Of a stretch of 64,000 nt of DNA, positions 10,102 through 19,862 are shown piece by piece. Origin of the DNA: a virus (taxonomy: Duplodnaviria; Caudoviricetes). Every line of letters starts with the position of its first letter. Position 1 is the first letter of the stretch. The position numbers were made by a program, and so were the translations under genes. Location: the IMG/VR virus record IMGVR_UViG_3300033070_001355, positions 7,944 to 71,943 of that record. One strand, given 5' to 3'. The notes below the pieces were generated by a model that ran no database searches, was not told the origin of the DNA, and saw only the letters and a program-made list of their open reading frames with translations.

Positions 10102-11268
10102 TCAGAACGGAACGGTGTCAACGGGCTTCCGACACGACGGGCATTCAATCGCGAGACCGGAGTTGAAAACACTGGCAGGGATAGAAAGTGTCACGCCGCA
10201 CTGCGGATTTGAACAGTTGACAAGAACATCTTTCTGAACGACTTCAGCTTTCTGAACAACAACCGGAGCAGCCGCGACAACGGCGGGAGCGGTGTTTACG
10301 ACCTGCCGTGCGGCGACAGGTGCTTCGGCGTGCGGCTGCGTGATCCTTGGAGTCTCGCCGACTACTCGCAAAGGAGTCGGGTTAGCGCCAGTTACCACGA
10401 CACTCGCGGGCTGTTGCCCTGAAACAAATCCAGGACCGTTTGAAACCGTTCCCACGAACGGCCCGTTAGCCTTCGCCTGTTCGGCGAGTCTCAAAGTCTC
10501 CTGCGATTGTTCGAAACTCGCACCAAGCTTCTGACCGTAGTTGTGTTCCTGCAAACCGATCTGAGTGATCGATTCCATTTCTTCAACAGTGGTCAACTTT
10601 GCAAGCTGCTTCAAATCGTACAGTTGGTACGCTTTGATGTCGATATTGCACTGCGTCGGCGCGACTTGAGCGGCATACTTCGTGTCAGTACCGCTGCCAG
10701 ACCTCGAAAGAATCATGTCGACATCTTGCAAGCGCGCGTCAGGGACAAAGCTCTTGTAAACCTTGATGGCCTGAGCGATTGCCTTGAAGAGCGTGATGCC
10801 GATGCCGTCAGAACTCTCTGAACCAGTGATGAGAAGTTGCGTGTGCTTATTCGAAACGCACCACGGGTCGATCTCAGTTCCGAGGTTGTTCTGCGGAATG
10901 CAGTTGAACGCGAACTGGCGACGAGGGTACCAGTCGTCGTAGCACTTCTTCTTCAGAACATTCGTTTCATTTCGCCATGAATTCAAGAGCTTCGCGAGAG
11001 GGCACTTGTAGACGTACTCTTTCGTCTCCGGGTTCTGGTAGTACCCGGCAGAAATGATTTTCCTGTTCTTGCCAAAGTTCTTTGACTCAATCGCAGAAGA
11101 CGGCTGCTGCGGGACCCATGCGTCAAAGAACTCTTCAAACGGCGGGATGATTCGAACTCGAATCATCGTCGCATCTTTGCTGAGCGATTTCTTCTTGTAC
11201 TCGACGTACCCGGCAGAACCCGTATTCAACGATTCTGCGTACCCGACCATATCATCTTCAAAACTCAT
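10102..11268 (-). CDS. T4 gp32-like ssDNA-binding protein with C-terminal zinc ribbon
   Basis: IRVRIIPP, KCPLAK, YPRRQFAFN and ILSRSGSGTDTKY resemble the gp32 core. Then an Ala/Pro/Val linker, CSNPQC...CPSC and a terminal VPF. Located next to recA. Confidence 0.7.
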   Translation of the reverse strand: MSFEDDMVGYAESLNTGSAGYVEYKKKSLSKDATMIRVRIIPPFEEFFDAWVPQQPSSAIESKNFGKNRKIISAGYYQNPETKEYVYKCPLAKLLNSWRNETNVLKKKCYDDWYPRRQFAFNCIPQNNLGTEIDPWCVSNKHTQLLITGSESSDGIGITLFKAIAQAIKVYKSFVPDARLQDVDMILSRSGSGTDTKYAAQVAPTQCNIDIKAYQLYDLKQLAKLTTVEEMESITQIGLQEHNYGQKLGASFEQSQETLRLAEQAKANGPFVGTVSNGPGFVSGQQPASVVVTGANPTPLRVVGETPRITQPHAEAPVAARQVVNTAPAVVAAAPVVVQKAEVVQKDVLVNCSNPQCGVTLSIPASVFNSGLAIECPSCRKPVDTVPF

Positions 11269-11271
11269 GGA

Positions 11272-11814
11272 CTACCCCAGTAGGCGCTTCGCTTCTGCTT
11301 CGCCGACAGCACCATGCTGCCGACGAGGGTTTGGATTATTACCGGAATTCGAACCACCAAGAAAATCTGTTCTCAAGTTACTTGAAAGTGTCGAAAGGAT
11401 CATTTTGAACCCTTCGTGCAATCTTATTATTTTTTCGATTTTCGACTTTTGAGTCTTTAGTTCTTGTTTTCTCAGTCGAAGTCTATCATGCTCAACTTTG
11501 ATATCTGGCGTCTCTGACGCTGCGCTCGCAATCAATGCCTGCGTCGCGTTGAATGAATTACCGAATTCTTTCTTAAGTGATCTAACAATACGAAGTTGAA
11601 TGCTTTCGTTAAAATCATCATATGCGGTTTCGGCAGCAATCAGTTGACTGTCAATTTTTGAATCTTCAGAAATCAGGTGAGCGCCAACGGCATTCCAATT
11701 TCTCAAAGCGTTATTGATCTTATCAACATCATCAGTCATTTCTTTCGAAACACAGATATCAAGCATTTCTTCATAAAAACCAATAATGTCATCTTTTGAA
11801 CGCTCAGTTGTCAT
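11272..11814 (-). CDS. Coiled-coil protein, possibly a UvsY-like recombination mediator
   Basis: Helical heptads; sits between dnaE and the SSB/recA genes. The UvsY suggestion rests on context only. Confidence 0.4.
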   Translation of the reverse strand: MTTERSKDDIIGFYEEMLDICVSKEMTDDVDKINNALRNWNAVGAHLISEDSKIDSQLIAAETAYDDFNESIQLRIVRSLKKEFGNSFNATQALIASAASETPDIKVEHDRLRLRKQELKTQKSKIEKIIRLHEGFKMILSTLSSNLRTDFLGGSNSGNNPNPRRQHGAVGEAEAKRLLG

Positions 11815-13976
11815 TGCTTAAGTATCTCAAAATCTTTTAACGAATAAGACCCGCGAGTTGTAAGTAAACCCGTAGCTACAAATATACTTCCAAGCGTAAT
11901 CCTACCAAGTATTTTCCGCCAATCTTCCGGCCAAACAACGACTTCGAACGTGTCCTGTGTTGTTTCAACCGTCATAAAAGCCATTTCACCTTTCGCCGCC
12001 GCGTGCGTTCTGATATTCGCGACCTTGCCGCCAATCATAATTTTTGGCCGTCGGCATTGATCGCTCGTCTCACAATGCTTAAATCTTTCAGCGTATTCAC
12101 TGAGCGGATCACCAGTAACATAATATCCTAAAAGCTCTTTTTCGCTTGCGAACCGTACATTGTTAACATCCTTCTTACTTTCATTAGAAAATTCATCAAC
12201 TTCTTTTAAGCAATCAAAAGCACCTATTGAGAGAAGCGCGGTATAGACATCGCTCGAGATTCTTGACTTCGATTTGAATTCTGCTTTTCCAAAGAACGGT
12301 CTCGCTTTTACGATATTTTCAGCGTTCGCGCCGACGCCCTTTATCGCAGAGAGCCCAACACGAATTCCGTCATCTTCAATTGTAAAATCTACACCACTTC
12401 TCTTGACGCACGGTGGAAGAATCTTAAAACCATGTTTTTTCAATTGATGAATAAATCGCGGCTCATTTTTATCATTCAAGCATGCGCACAGAAATTCAAG
12501 AGGATGGTGCGCTTTCAGATATGCGGTGACAAAACTAATGAGCGAATAAGAAACAGCGTGTGATCTGTTGAATCCATAACGTTGTCTCTTGAGAATCTCA
12601 CTCCACATTCTTTCAGCATTGTATCTTGAAATACCGTTCGCAAGACATCCGTTTATGAACTTTTCAGTGTACGACTCAAGATCCTCTTTCTTTGACAACT
12701 TCGCAATTGCTTTTCTAATGTTATCAGCTTGAATGAGTGTGAATCCAGCAATATGGTGACACACGTCCATAATCTGTTCTTGAAAGAGCAAAATCCCGAA
12801 TGTGTCTTTGAGAATTGGTTTGAGTTCAGGGACAATGTAGTTGACCTTATCTGGGTGCTCATGACAGTCAATAAATTCTTCTCTATCAATTCCAGGACGA
12901 ATAACCGTTGTAATCAATACAAAATCTTCAAATTCACGGATTGTAAGTTTTTCAAACATCTTGATGCATTCAGGTTTCCAAAGCTGGAATACTCCGACAA
13001 CATCAGCATTGTTCGCGAGCTCGATCGTTTTCTTATCTTTGAGATCAACCCATTCAAAAATTTCAGTTGCATTTGGCAGTGTTCCCGGCTTCTTGGAGTT
13101 GACGTAATTGACCGTGTCAGAGATAACGTTGAGTGATGTTACTTTGAGGATATCGAATTTCGTATAGCCGATAGCGTCAAGCTCATCTCCATCCCATTCT
13201 GTTGTAAGAATTCTTTTCTTGGTAGAGCTATCCTCAACGCTTTGGAGTGGAATCAGTTTCCCAACTGGCTCGTCAACGACAATAACCGCTGAGGCGTGTT
13301 TGCTCGGGTTTCGATATCGACCTGATTCACCGAAGAATCTCGCAACGCGAAACAGGTCTGGATACATCGCTTCAAATTTCGCAACAGTGGCATGATCAAT
13401 AATTTCGCCATCATTATCATAGCATGCGGTAATCTGCTTCGCATCTTCGAATGAAATTTTCCAAACTCTTGCAAATTCATCAAGAGCTGATTTTATCTTA
13501 AAGAGACTCTTCGTCCCAACTTGAATGACTTTGTTCTCTCCGTAGACCTTCTTTAAAAAATTGATCGGCACATCTCTATCAGAAAAGTCAACGTCAATAT
13601 CTGCGCTCGTGACGCGCGAATGGTTTAAGAATCTCTCAAATCTTAAATTGAATCTAATTGGATCAACGCCACGAGTTATCCCTGACAGATAACAAACCAT
13701 CGACCCTGCGGCGCTTCCTCGACCCGGACCGACAATAACGTTCTTTGAAATTGCGTGATTGATTATCTGTCTTGTGATTAAGAAGATATTCTCATATGTC
13801 AAACTCGCGATAATTTCGAGCTCATGATCAAGTCTTTTTTGATACTCTTCTAAGCTCGCGTAAAGCCTACCTTGTTCATTAAGCTTCGCGAGTTTGCCTT
13901 GACAAATCTCGCGAAGCTTTTCAATTGAAGAACTCATCTCGCGCCCTGTATGTGAAATCGACGTGATTGTATTCAA
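11811..13976 (-). CDS. dnaE: DNA polymerase III alpha, catalytic part lacking the PHP domain
   Basis: GPGRGSAAGS, FERFLN, ADIDVDF, KFDIL, LLFQEQIM, YGFNRSHAVSY and a C-terminal OB fold. Likely ATG at 13937. Confidence 0.95.
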   Translation of the reverse strand: MNTITSISHTGREMSSSIEKLREICQGKLAKLNEQGRLYASLEEYQKRLDHELEIIASLTYENIFLITRQIINHAISKNVIVGPGRGSAAGSMVCYLSGITRGVDPIRFNLRFERFLNHSRVTSADIDVDFSDRDVPINFLKKVYGENKVIQVGTKSLFKIKSALDEFARVWKISFEDAKQITACYDNDGEIIDHATVAKFEAMYPDLFRVARFFGESGRYRNPSKHASAVIVVDEPVGKLIPLQSVEDSSTKKRILTTEWDGDELDAIGYTKFDILKVTSLNVISDTVNYVNSKKPGTLPNATEIFEWVDLKDKKTIELANNADVVGVFQLWKPECIKMFEKLTIREFEDFVLITTVIRPGIDREEFIDCHEHPDKVNYIVPELKPILKDTFGILLFQEQIMDVCHHIAGFTLIQADNIRKAIAKLSKKEDLESYTEKFINGCLANGISRYNAERMWSEILKRQRYGFNRSHAVSYSLISFVTAYLKAHHPLEFLCACLNDKNEPRFIHQLKKHGFKILPPCVKRSGVDFTIEDDGIRVGLSAIKGVGANAENIVKARPFFGKAEFKSKSRISSDVYTALLSIGAFDCLKEVDEFSNESKKDVNNVRFASEKELLGYYVTGDPLSEYAERFKHCETSDQCRRPKIMIGGKVANIRTHAAAKGEMAFMTVETTQDTFEVVVWPEDWRKILGRITLGSIFVATGLLTTRGSYSLKDFEILKQ

Positions 13977-14514
13977 TTACGTTAATGTTTTCATGTGATA
14001 GGATACAAAGAACATCACGCAATCTCGATAAAAACATGAATTGATTTTTCAGGGAAACGTGGAGCTTTAGGGAAACTGCGAGGTCTACAACTTCAGAATA
14101 CCGGACCGCTCGATTCGCATGCCCTTTCTGATAATCAACAAATGCTCTGAGAAGATACCATCCAAAGCTTTGAAGTCGATAGCAATTGCCTTTCTTGCCT
14201 TCTTCAATATAGTATCTGTATTCGTGAGATTTTGCGACCCAATACGGTATTTTTTGACCGTCTTCTTGAGTAAGATAAGATCCGCTGATCTTTTTTGCCT
14301 CAATCTTTCTTAACTCTTTCTCTTGAATTTCTTTATTTTCGTCTATGTTAGATGATCGTGAAATTGTTCGAAGTCCGGCATCACGCTCGATAGCATTTAC
14401 CTCTTTCGACGGATTGTCTGCCGAAAGAGCTTCAACAATCTCTTGAGACATTGGCAGAGTATCAACGTTTTTTGCCTTACTCTTCAACTTTTCTCCAAGA
14501 ATTAGAGGTGGCAT
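13921..14514 (-). CDS. Hypothetical protein
   Basis: Long ORF on the coding strand; probable ATG at 14514 or later. Confidence 0.55.
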   Translation of the reverse strand: MPPLILGEKLKSKAKNVDTLPMSQEIVEALSADNPSKEVNAIERDAGLRTISRSSNIDENKEIQEKELRKIEAKKISGSYLTQEDGQKIPYWVAKSHEYRYYIEEGKKGNCYRLQSFGWYLLRAFVDYQKGHANRAVRYSEVVDLAVSLKLHVSLKNQFMFLSRLRDVLCILSHENINVIEYNHVDFTYRARDEFFN

Positions 14515-14665
14515 CGAAGACGAAGCGATACTTTGGATGTTTTTTGACGGGGTCATTCAAGTAATCTATCGGTGGTCTTATCTTTTCGTCATCAATGATG
14601 TCAGCGTCAACATTTTCAGCGACGCTGACTTCTTTGACTTTAAGTTTCAGACGCGGCGGGATCAT
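14477..14665 (-). CDS. Small hypothetical protein
   Basis: ATG overlaps the clamp gene stop (ATGA); 62 aa. Confidence 0.5.
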   Translation of the reverse strand: MIPPRLKLKVKEVSVAENVDADIIDDEKIRPPIDYLNDPVKKHPKYRFVFDATSNSWRKVEE

Positions 14666-15873
14666 CTACTCACGGCCATGTGTGGAATGACAATATTTGT
14701 CGTAGAGAATTGCCCTTCTTCTACGATAAGCATCGTCTTGTCATTCTTGTCAACGCCCTTGTTTCTCCAAGAAATCACTATCTTTTCTTTCTCAAGAGCG
14801 TCAAAGATTTTCAAGAAGTTCAAGCTGTTGTAAGCCGCGTCGAGCTCAGAATTACATTCGTCGAGAATGATGTCTTCTTCGAAAATTTGCGTTGACAAAT
14901 CTTCGATAGTTGAAATTCGCATGTACCAATTTTCATTCAACTTCATCGTTTTGATTGAAATGGCACTCGTGTAGTTCTTGTCAACGAAAGCGCGAGCTCT
15001 CTTAAGACAATTTTCGAACGCAACTCTTGAAATCACGCACTTGTTCGCCCACTCGTACAAGGTAAGAACCTTCATGTACGGAATGTTTGCGGGGTTGACA
15101 GGGATAACTGAAATGAAAATCCCGTCATCAGGAGCAGCGAAAACGATGCGTGGCCCGGATTTCGAAGAAGAGATTACAACTTGACCTGTAATCTTCTTCA
15201 AAACATGCGTGATGCCAGTGTCAAGATTGATGCTGTACTTGAACTCTTTCGCTGGCTTGATTTCATCTTTAGCAAGAACAATGCACGCGAAAGATGAATC
15301 GAGTGTGAGGAAGTTGCCGTCGTAATGAAGGCACGTTTTCCTCAAATCAAACTCGCCTTTTGCAATTGAAGCTTTTTGCCAGATCGCACCGAACGTGTTC
15401 ACCGGGTAGCGCGCAATCTCATTGACTTCGGCGAATGATTCATTCAAGAAATCATCAACACTATAAGACGTCAATGAGTTCCTGCCCTCAGTAACAATCT
15501 CGTATTTGCCTTGCTTTTGAAGTTCGCCTTCTGGTGACCGCACTTCTTCTTGAACTTCTTTGATCAAGACCTTTTCGACAAAGCTTGACTTGCAGATCTT
15601 CAAAAGCTTTTCAAGATCGATCAAAAAGTGATGTTCGTAATCAGGATCATTGGAGAATGACTCGTCAACCTTGAATTTAGAATTGAAAACGCAAGTAAAG
15701 TTTTGACCATTCGTTCCATAAAGAAATACTTGGATCTCATTATCTTCACCACGCAGAAGACTAAACCTAACCGAGTTCCAAGCTTTCTTAACCTCAGATC
15801 CCGAAACCGGGCGCAGGATTTCAAGATCGCGAATGAGCTTGATTCGATCGAGAGCTATCGTCAGTTTACCCAT
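14662..15873 (-). CDS. dnaN: Sliding clamp (DnaN/beta-like)
   Basis: About 400 aa of beta-rich repeats. The C-terminal CVISRVAFENCLKRA...AAYNSLNFLKIFDALEKEKIVISW...MLIV...IVIP matches DnaN domain III. Lies between the dnaE parts. Confidence 0.7.
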   Translation of the reverse strand: MGKLTIALDRIKLIRDLEILRPVSGSEVKKAWNSVRFSLLRGEDNEIQVFLYGTNGQNFTCVFNSKFKVDESFSNDPDYEHHFLIDLEKLLKICKSSFVEKVLIKEVQEEVRSPEGELQKQGKYEIVTEGRNSLTSYSVDDFLNESFAEVNEIARYPVNTFGAIWQKASIAKGEFDLRKTCLHYDGNFLTLDSSFACIVLAKDEIKPAKEFKYSINLDTGITHVLKKITGQVVISSSKSGPRIVFAAPDDGIFISVIPVNPANIPYMKVLTLYEWANKCVISRVAFENCLKRARAFVDKNYTSAISIKTMKLNENWYMRISTIEDLSTQIFEEDIILDECNSELDAAYNSLNFLKIFDALEKEKIVISWRNKGVDKNDKTMLIVEEGQFSTTNIVIPHMAVSR

Positions 15874-16807
15874 TTTGTTCTTCTATGTACCGAGGGATTC
15901 GAAGCTTTCTTTCAATCTTGACACCGGCAATTTTGTCTTTGAGACTATTTGCCGTTTCAAGAGCTTCAATCGTCTTATTGTATCTTTCGCCTTCGAGTGT
16001 TCTATTCTTCACAAAAGCGTCGAACATCTCACTGTATGATCGAAGATGGTGTCCCATCTTATAGAAAAGATTGCCTTCAGCGTCTGCTGTTCTTGATCTA
16101 TTCTGCAATGAAATCAAATGAGCGTGTAATTCATATTGGTCAGGCTCAGCGTAGTGGGCGTCATTGGTTGCGATAATACCGATTTTGTGCTTTTCTGAAA
16201 GCTTAATCAAAAAGTCATTTAGCTTCAATTGGTCGAGACTATCAATCGGCTGTATCTCAAGATAGAAATCATCGCCGAAAGCTTCTTTGTATTCGAGCGC
16301 GACACGCTCAGCGTTCTTTTCTCGGTCTTGCTCTGTTGACTCAAGGTCCCAGAGATACGGCCCTGCAATGATACCGCCCATACACGCGGTCAAACAGATA
16401 AGACCTTTAGATTTATCAAAGATTGATCTATGGTCAACTCGAGGTTTCATGAAAAAGTACATTGATGCAAGACTGCTGAGATATATCAAATTCTCAAATC
16501 CAGTCTGGTCTTTTGAAAGAAGAACAACGTGCCTCTTCTTATCAGTCTTTTTCTTCTTTGGGCCGTCAAGCTTCTCATCTTTCGCATTGACGACGTACAT
16601 TTCTGATCCAGGAACAAATCTTATGTTCTTCTTCTTGCAAACAGAATGAAGCTCTAAGGCAGAATTCATCGTTCCGTGATCTGTTATCGCGTAGATATCT
16701 TTTTCATACTTGTCGATATCCTTGGCCGCTTCTTCTCCTGTAATCATTCCATCGAATTTTGATCCATGGAAATGAATATGCCAATGATCAAATCGATCTT
16801 CTTTCAT
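15866..16807 (-). CDS. dnaE: Standalone PHP domain of DnaE (N-terminal part of Pol III alpha)
   Basis: HWHIH..SKFDG, ITDHG, PGSEMY, HVVLLSKDQTGFENL, CLTACMGG, YLEIQ, ATNDAHY; ends LRIPRY, equivalent to the LPxF junction. Confidence 0.92.
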   Translation of the reverse strand: MKEDRFDHWHIHFHGSKFDGMITGEEAAKDIDKYEKDIYAITDHGTMNSALELHSVCKKKNIRFVPGSEMYVVNAKDEKLDGPKKKKTDKKRHVVLLSKDQTGFENLIYLSSLASMYFFMKPRVDHRSIFDKSKGLICLTACMGGIIAGPYLWDLESTEQDREKNAERVALEYKEAFGDDFYLEIQPIDSLDQLKLNDFLIKLSEKHKIGIIATNDAHYAEPDQYELHAHLISLQNRSRTADAEGNLFYKMGHHLRSYSEMFDAFVKNRTLEGERYNKTIEALETANSLKDKIAGVKIERKLRIPRYIEEQNG

Positions 16808-17424
16808 TCGACAATACCTTTAGAGTTTGCTGAAGATCGATATTCAGCAATGCTCAACGGAACAAGATCTTTAATGAAAGGGAGACCGTCAATTGAAGTA
16901 ATGTTTTCTTGATCATGTCGCGGCTCTGATATCATACCGCTAATTTTTGAAAAAAACCTATCAACAATTTCGTTTTCAGGGGCATAGTGAATGCGCATTT
17001 TACCTCTAGTCATTGGTGAAAATAACGCAATCCCTCTCAAAATTCGTGAAGCGCCTTCAAGCAAAGCTTCACGAGAAACTCTACATTCATAGCATGAATG
17101 GTATGCGATCTCTGCAGCTTTTTCCCATTGATCTGTCCTTTCAGGTTTTTTGTTGAGATCAAGATCATAGCCAGTCAATTCTCTAATCGTATTGAGAATT
17201 GTGGTTTTGAACTCTCCATTAGTCTTGCTTTGATTGCATTCATTCAACGCACTGATGAAACCTGAAACAATTTCGTGGTAAGCTTTCTCTTTGATATTTT
17301 TAGGGACTTCTGATAGAAACGAGAGTTCATCAAATGAAATAATTGTATCTACAATTATTGACATGACTTCAGATCTTTTTATTTTGATTGACATAGAGAA
17401 GTCTTTCTTTGACGAGCCAGTCAA
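16804..17424 (-). CDS. Hypothetical protein
   Basis: 206-aa ORF coupled to the PHP gene. Confidence 0.6.
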   Translation of the reverse strand: MTGSSKKDFSMSIKIKRSEVMSIIVDTIISFDELSFLSEVPKNIKEKAYHEIVSGFISALNECNQSKTNGEFKTTILNTIRELTGYDLDLNKKPERTDQWEKAAEIAYHSCYECRVSREALLEGASRILRGIALFSPMTRGKMRIHYAPENEIVDRFFSKISGMISEPRHDQENITSIDGLPFIKDLVPLSIAEYRSSANSKGIVE

Positions 17425-17641
17425 TATTCGTTTCGTCTATTCCCGTAAAGCCATTCGCTTCAAGAGCAGCTATGGTATTGTCAACAGTAAAAACAAAGAG
17501 AAAATAATCGACAGATTCATCGACATCAGTGGGCTTCTTGATAATTTGTATCTTCTTGTCGATCCTGTTCAAATGAATGATGAATTTCCCGTTCTCGTTG
17601 ATGAAATTTATTACTGAGGTTAAGACTGATTCCTTCGCCAT
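17369..17641 (-). CDS. Hypothetical protein
   Basis: 90-aa ORF on the coding strand. Confidence 0.45.
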   Translation of the reverse strand: MAKESVLTSVINFINENGKFIIHLNRIDKKIQIIKKPTDVDESVDYFLFVFTVDNTIAALEANGFTGIDETNIDWLVKERLLYVNQNKKI

Positions 17642-18239
17642 TGAAAGCTTTCTTTATTGAAGTCGCGATTGCCAACGAAACATTTGAAGGATTTGTTTCA
17701 AGCTTTGAGGCAATTCTCTTGATTGAGAGACCTTTGCATTTCAAATCAAAAACTTTCTTTCCAAATTCGCAATTGATTCTTTCGCGAACGCAGGCACAAA
17801 GTTCATTGAACCTCAAACCTGACGCGCTTTTAATTGATTCAATCTCTATTTTAGAATCTTCTAAATATGAATCAATACTAAGAATTTCATGTGACGGTTC
17901 TCTTCGCGGAACTCTCTCAAAAATTGACATTGTTCTTGCGTGATTTTCAATCACTTTTTTAATCAAACCAGCGCAGACTCTTTCTTGTTCTTCTGTTTCC
18001 ATCGCTCCAGGAACTTCGAAGTTCTTAAGAGCCTTAAAGATTTTCTGCAATGATTCATTATGGAGCGCCTTCTTATCAAAAAAGAGGTAACGTTTCTTCT
18101 TTGTGAATTTGGCGCAATTTTGATCGCATTGGGATTTTATGAATTCTTCAAAACGCTTGATAATGAATTCAAAATTTTCACGAGGGCTTGTCTTGAAAAT
18201 TTTCATTTCTTCTGCGAATGTCATATCCGAAAATAGCAA
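17526..18239 (-). CDS. SigH/ECF-like sigma factor (region 2 plus region 4 HTH)
   Basis: FEFIIKRFEEFIK...LQKIFKALKNF (region 2-like); VFDLKCKGLSIKRIASKLETNPSNVSLAI (region 4 HTH). Confidence 0.6.
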   Translation of the reverse strand: MLFSDMTFAEEMKIFKTSPRENFEFIIKRFEEFIKSQCDQNCAKFTKKKRYLFFDKKALHNESLQKIFKALKNFEVPGAMETEEQERVCAGLIKKVIENHARTMSIFERVPRREPSHEILSIDSYLEDSKIEIESIKSASGLRFNELCACVRERINCEFGKKVFDLKCKGLSIKRIASKLETNPSNVSLAIATSIKKAFNGEGISLNLSNKFHQREREIHHSFEQDRQEDTNYQEAH

Positions 18240-18241
18240 AA

Positions 18242-19432
18242 TCAGAAATCACAATAGCTCTTTCCGTAAGTCAATCTATTTTTGGAAGTATATTCGTGCC
18301 AATTTTTTCTCCCACTTATCGCGGCAATAATTTCATCATAGGCGCATGATCCAGGATCCTTGCCCCAAGGAATCAAAGCTATTGAAAGTTGTTTTTCGTG
18401 AAACAACCCAACATTCGGAGAATAGCCGTTAGCGATAATCTCACACAATTGTGCCCCTGCGAGGCTGTCACGGTCTGGCAAGAAGATAATTTCCTCCCCG
18501 CACTTTTCTCTCATCAAGTCAATATGAAAAGATGTCGGGCTATTGCTCCAACAAGCGATTACATTCATTTCAATCTTCGCTCGCGTTAAAGCCGACATCG
18601 TGACAAGCGCATCCATGACTCCTTCAACGACAATCGTTGGATGATTTCTATCACACGAATCAATATTGTACGGAAATCTCCCCACTGGCGAATCAGGAGG
18701 AAGTAGCTTGGAAATTTGCTTGCCTTTTGAATTCACGAAGAAGATGCCGTCATAGCAGCGAAGAAAGAAGCTTGCTATCTTCCCGTTAAATCGAGCCGGA
18801 CACACGATCGCATTCGGAACGTAATGTTCTTTGAGGATACCTGACTCTTTATCAATATGTTCAGAAACTTTGAAAGGGTTATTCCACCCGATCTCCATCG
18901 AAAACGCAACTTCTTTCATGATGTTTCTTGACATCATGTATTTTTCAGCGTCAATCTTTTCATTCCAAGTTGAGCAAAATTCAAACGGAGCGTATGCAAA
19001 TTGAACAGGAGGAAATTGAAAATCATCAACAAGTGCATTGTCTTTGATCTTGAGAGCATTTTCTCTATCTCGAACAACAGCATCAGTCGCTGAGATTGTC
19101 TCGTACGTTCCGAATTTCTTAAGTGATTCGAAAATTTCGTCTAATGTTGATTCTGTTGCATTTCTCAAGAAAGTTAAGAATGACCCTTTGAAACCGCAAG
19201 GGGAACATTTGAAGCACCCGTTCCACCTATCACCTCTCGCGTTCATATGAAGCGAGTCACCGCTCTTATCCTCATGTTTCGGATTCACACACCTGAGCAT
19301 AAGCTCAGTCCCACCTCGCCTTTGAGAAAAATGAATCTGATTGTGCTCTAGAAACGCTCGAACGTCAAGCGTTTGAAGAAGTTTTTCAACATCAACAGTA
19401 TTCTTGACCATTGAGCCCGCCCCCATCTTCAA
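18242..19432 (-). CDS. dnaG: DNA primase (CHC2 zinc finger plus TOPRIM)
   Basis: CVNPKHEDKSGDS...CFKCSPCG, IVVEGVMDAL, FLPDRD, KDPG. Confidence 0.9.
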   Translation of the reverse strand: MKMGAGSMVKNTVDVEKLLQTLDVRAFLEHNQIHFSQRRGGTELMLRCVNPKHEDKSGDSLHMNARGDRWNGCFKCSPCGFKGSFLTFLRNATESTLDEIFESLKKFGTYETISATDAVVRDRENALKIKDNALVDDFQFPPVQFAYAPFEFCSTWNEKIDAEKYMMSRNIMKEVAFSMEIGWNNPFKVSEHIDKESGILKEHYVPNAIVCPARFNGKIASFFLRCYDGIFFVNSKGKQISKLLPPDSPVGRFPYNIDSCDRNHPTIVVEGVMDALVTMSALTRAKIEMNVIACWSNSPTSFHIDLMREKCGEEIIFLPDRDSLAGAQLCEIIANGYSPNVGLFHEKQLSIALIPWGKDPGSCAYDEIIAAISGRKNWHEYTSKNRLTYGKSYCDF

Positions 19433-19728
19433 TCAAACCAGTCAAATAAGATTTCTCTAAATCAACGAGAATTTCTGCATTTAGCTTTCGCGGATCTATC
19501 GATTTTTCAAGTATAAAATTCTTTTGATCAACACTCAAACACTTTCTGCAGAACGAAACAATCAATGAAGATTTTGGATTCGATTTCGAAGCGATTAAAA
19601 AAAGATGAAACGCGTCAGGTGTATTTCGATGGCGGCAAACATGACAACTTCTCAAGCTTTCTTCTGAAGTTGGCATTGATTTTTTGAACAAACTCTCGAG
19701 CTGAGATAGCGTGTCAGGCACGTTTGTC
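19392..19728 (-). CDS. Hypothetical Zn-finger-like protein
   Basis: CHVCRH...FCRKC; likely start MTNVPD downstream of the tandem repeat. Confidence 0.5.
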
Positions 19729-19734
19729 ATTGAT

Positions 19735-19811
19735 TTTCGGCGCTGTAAAAAAGATGCGGCGGCACTGTATTTCGGCGCTGTAAAAAAGATGCGGCGGCAC
19801 TGTATTTCGGC
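19735..19811. repeat. 35-bp tandem direct repeat (2 exact copies plus 7 nt)
   Basis: TTTCGGCGCTGTAAAAAAGATGCGGCGGCACTGTA at 19735-19769 and 19770-19804. Confidence 0.95.
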
Positions 19812-19862
19812 CATTAATTATACAAACACAAACCTTTAGACGCACAGAGTGTATATTCTCTA

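Noticed and set aside
13900-15900. Split intein joining the two DnaE parts
   Set aside because: No intein N-terminal (C/S-start block A/B) or C-terminal (HN-C/S/T) motifs at either junction.
19729-19814. N-terminal extension MAEIQCRR... of ORF 19392-19814
   Set aside because: It runs through a 35-bp (non-triplet) duplication and starts only 2 nt after a -10 box; MTNVPD is the more likely start.
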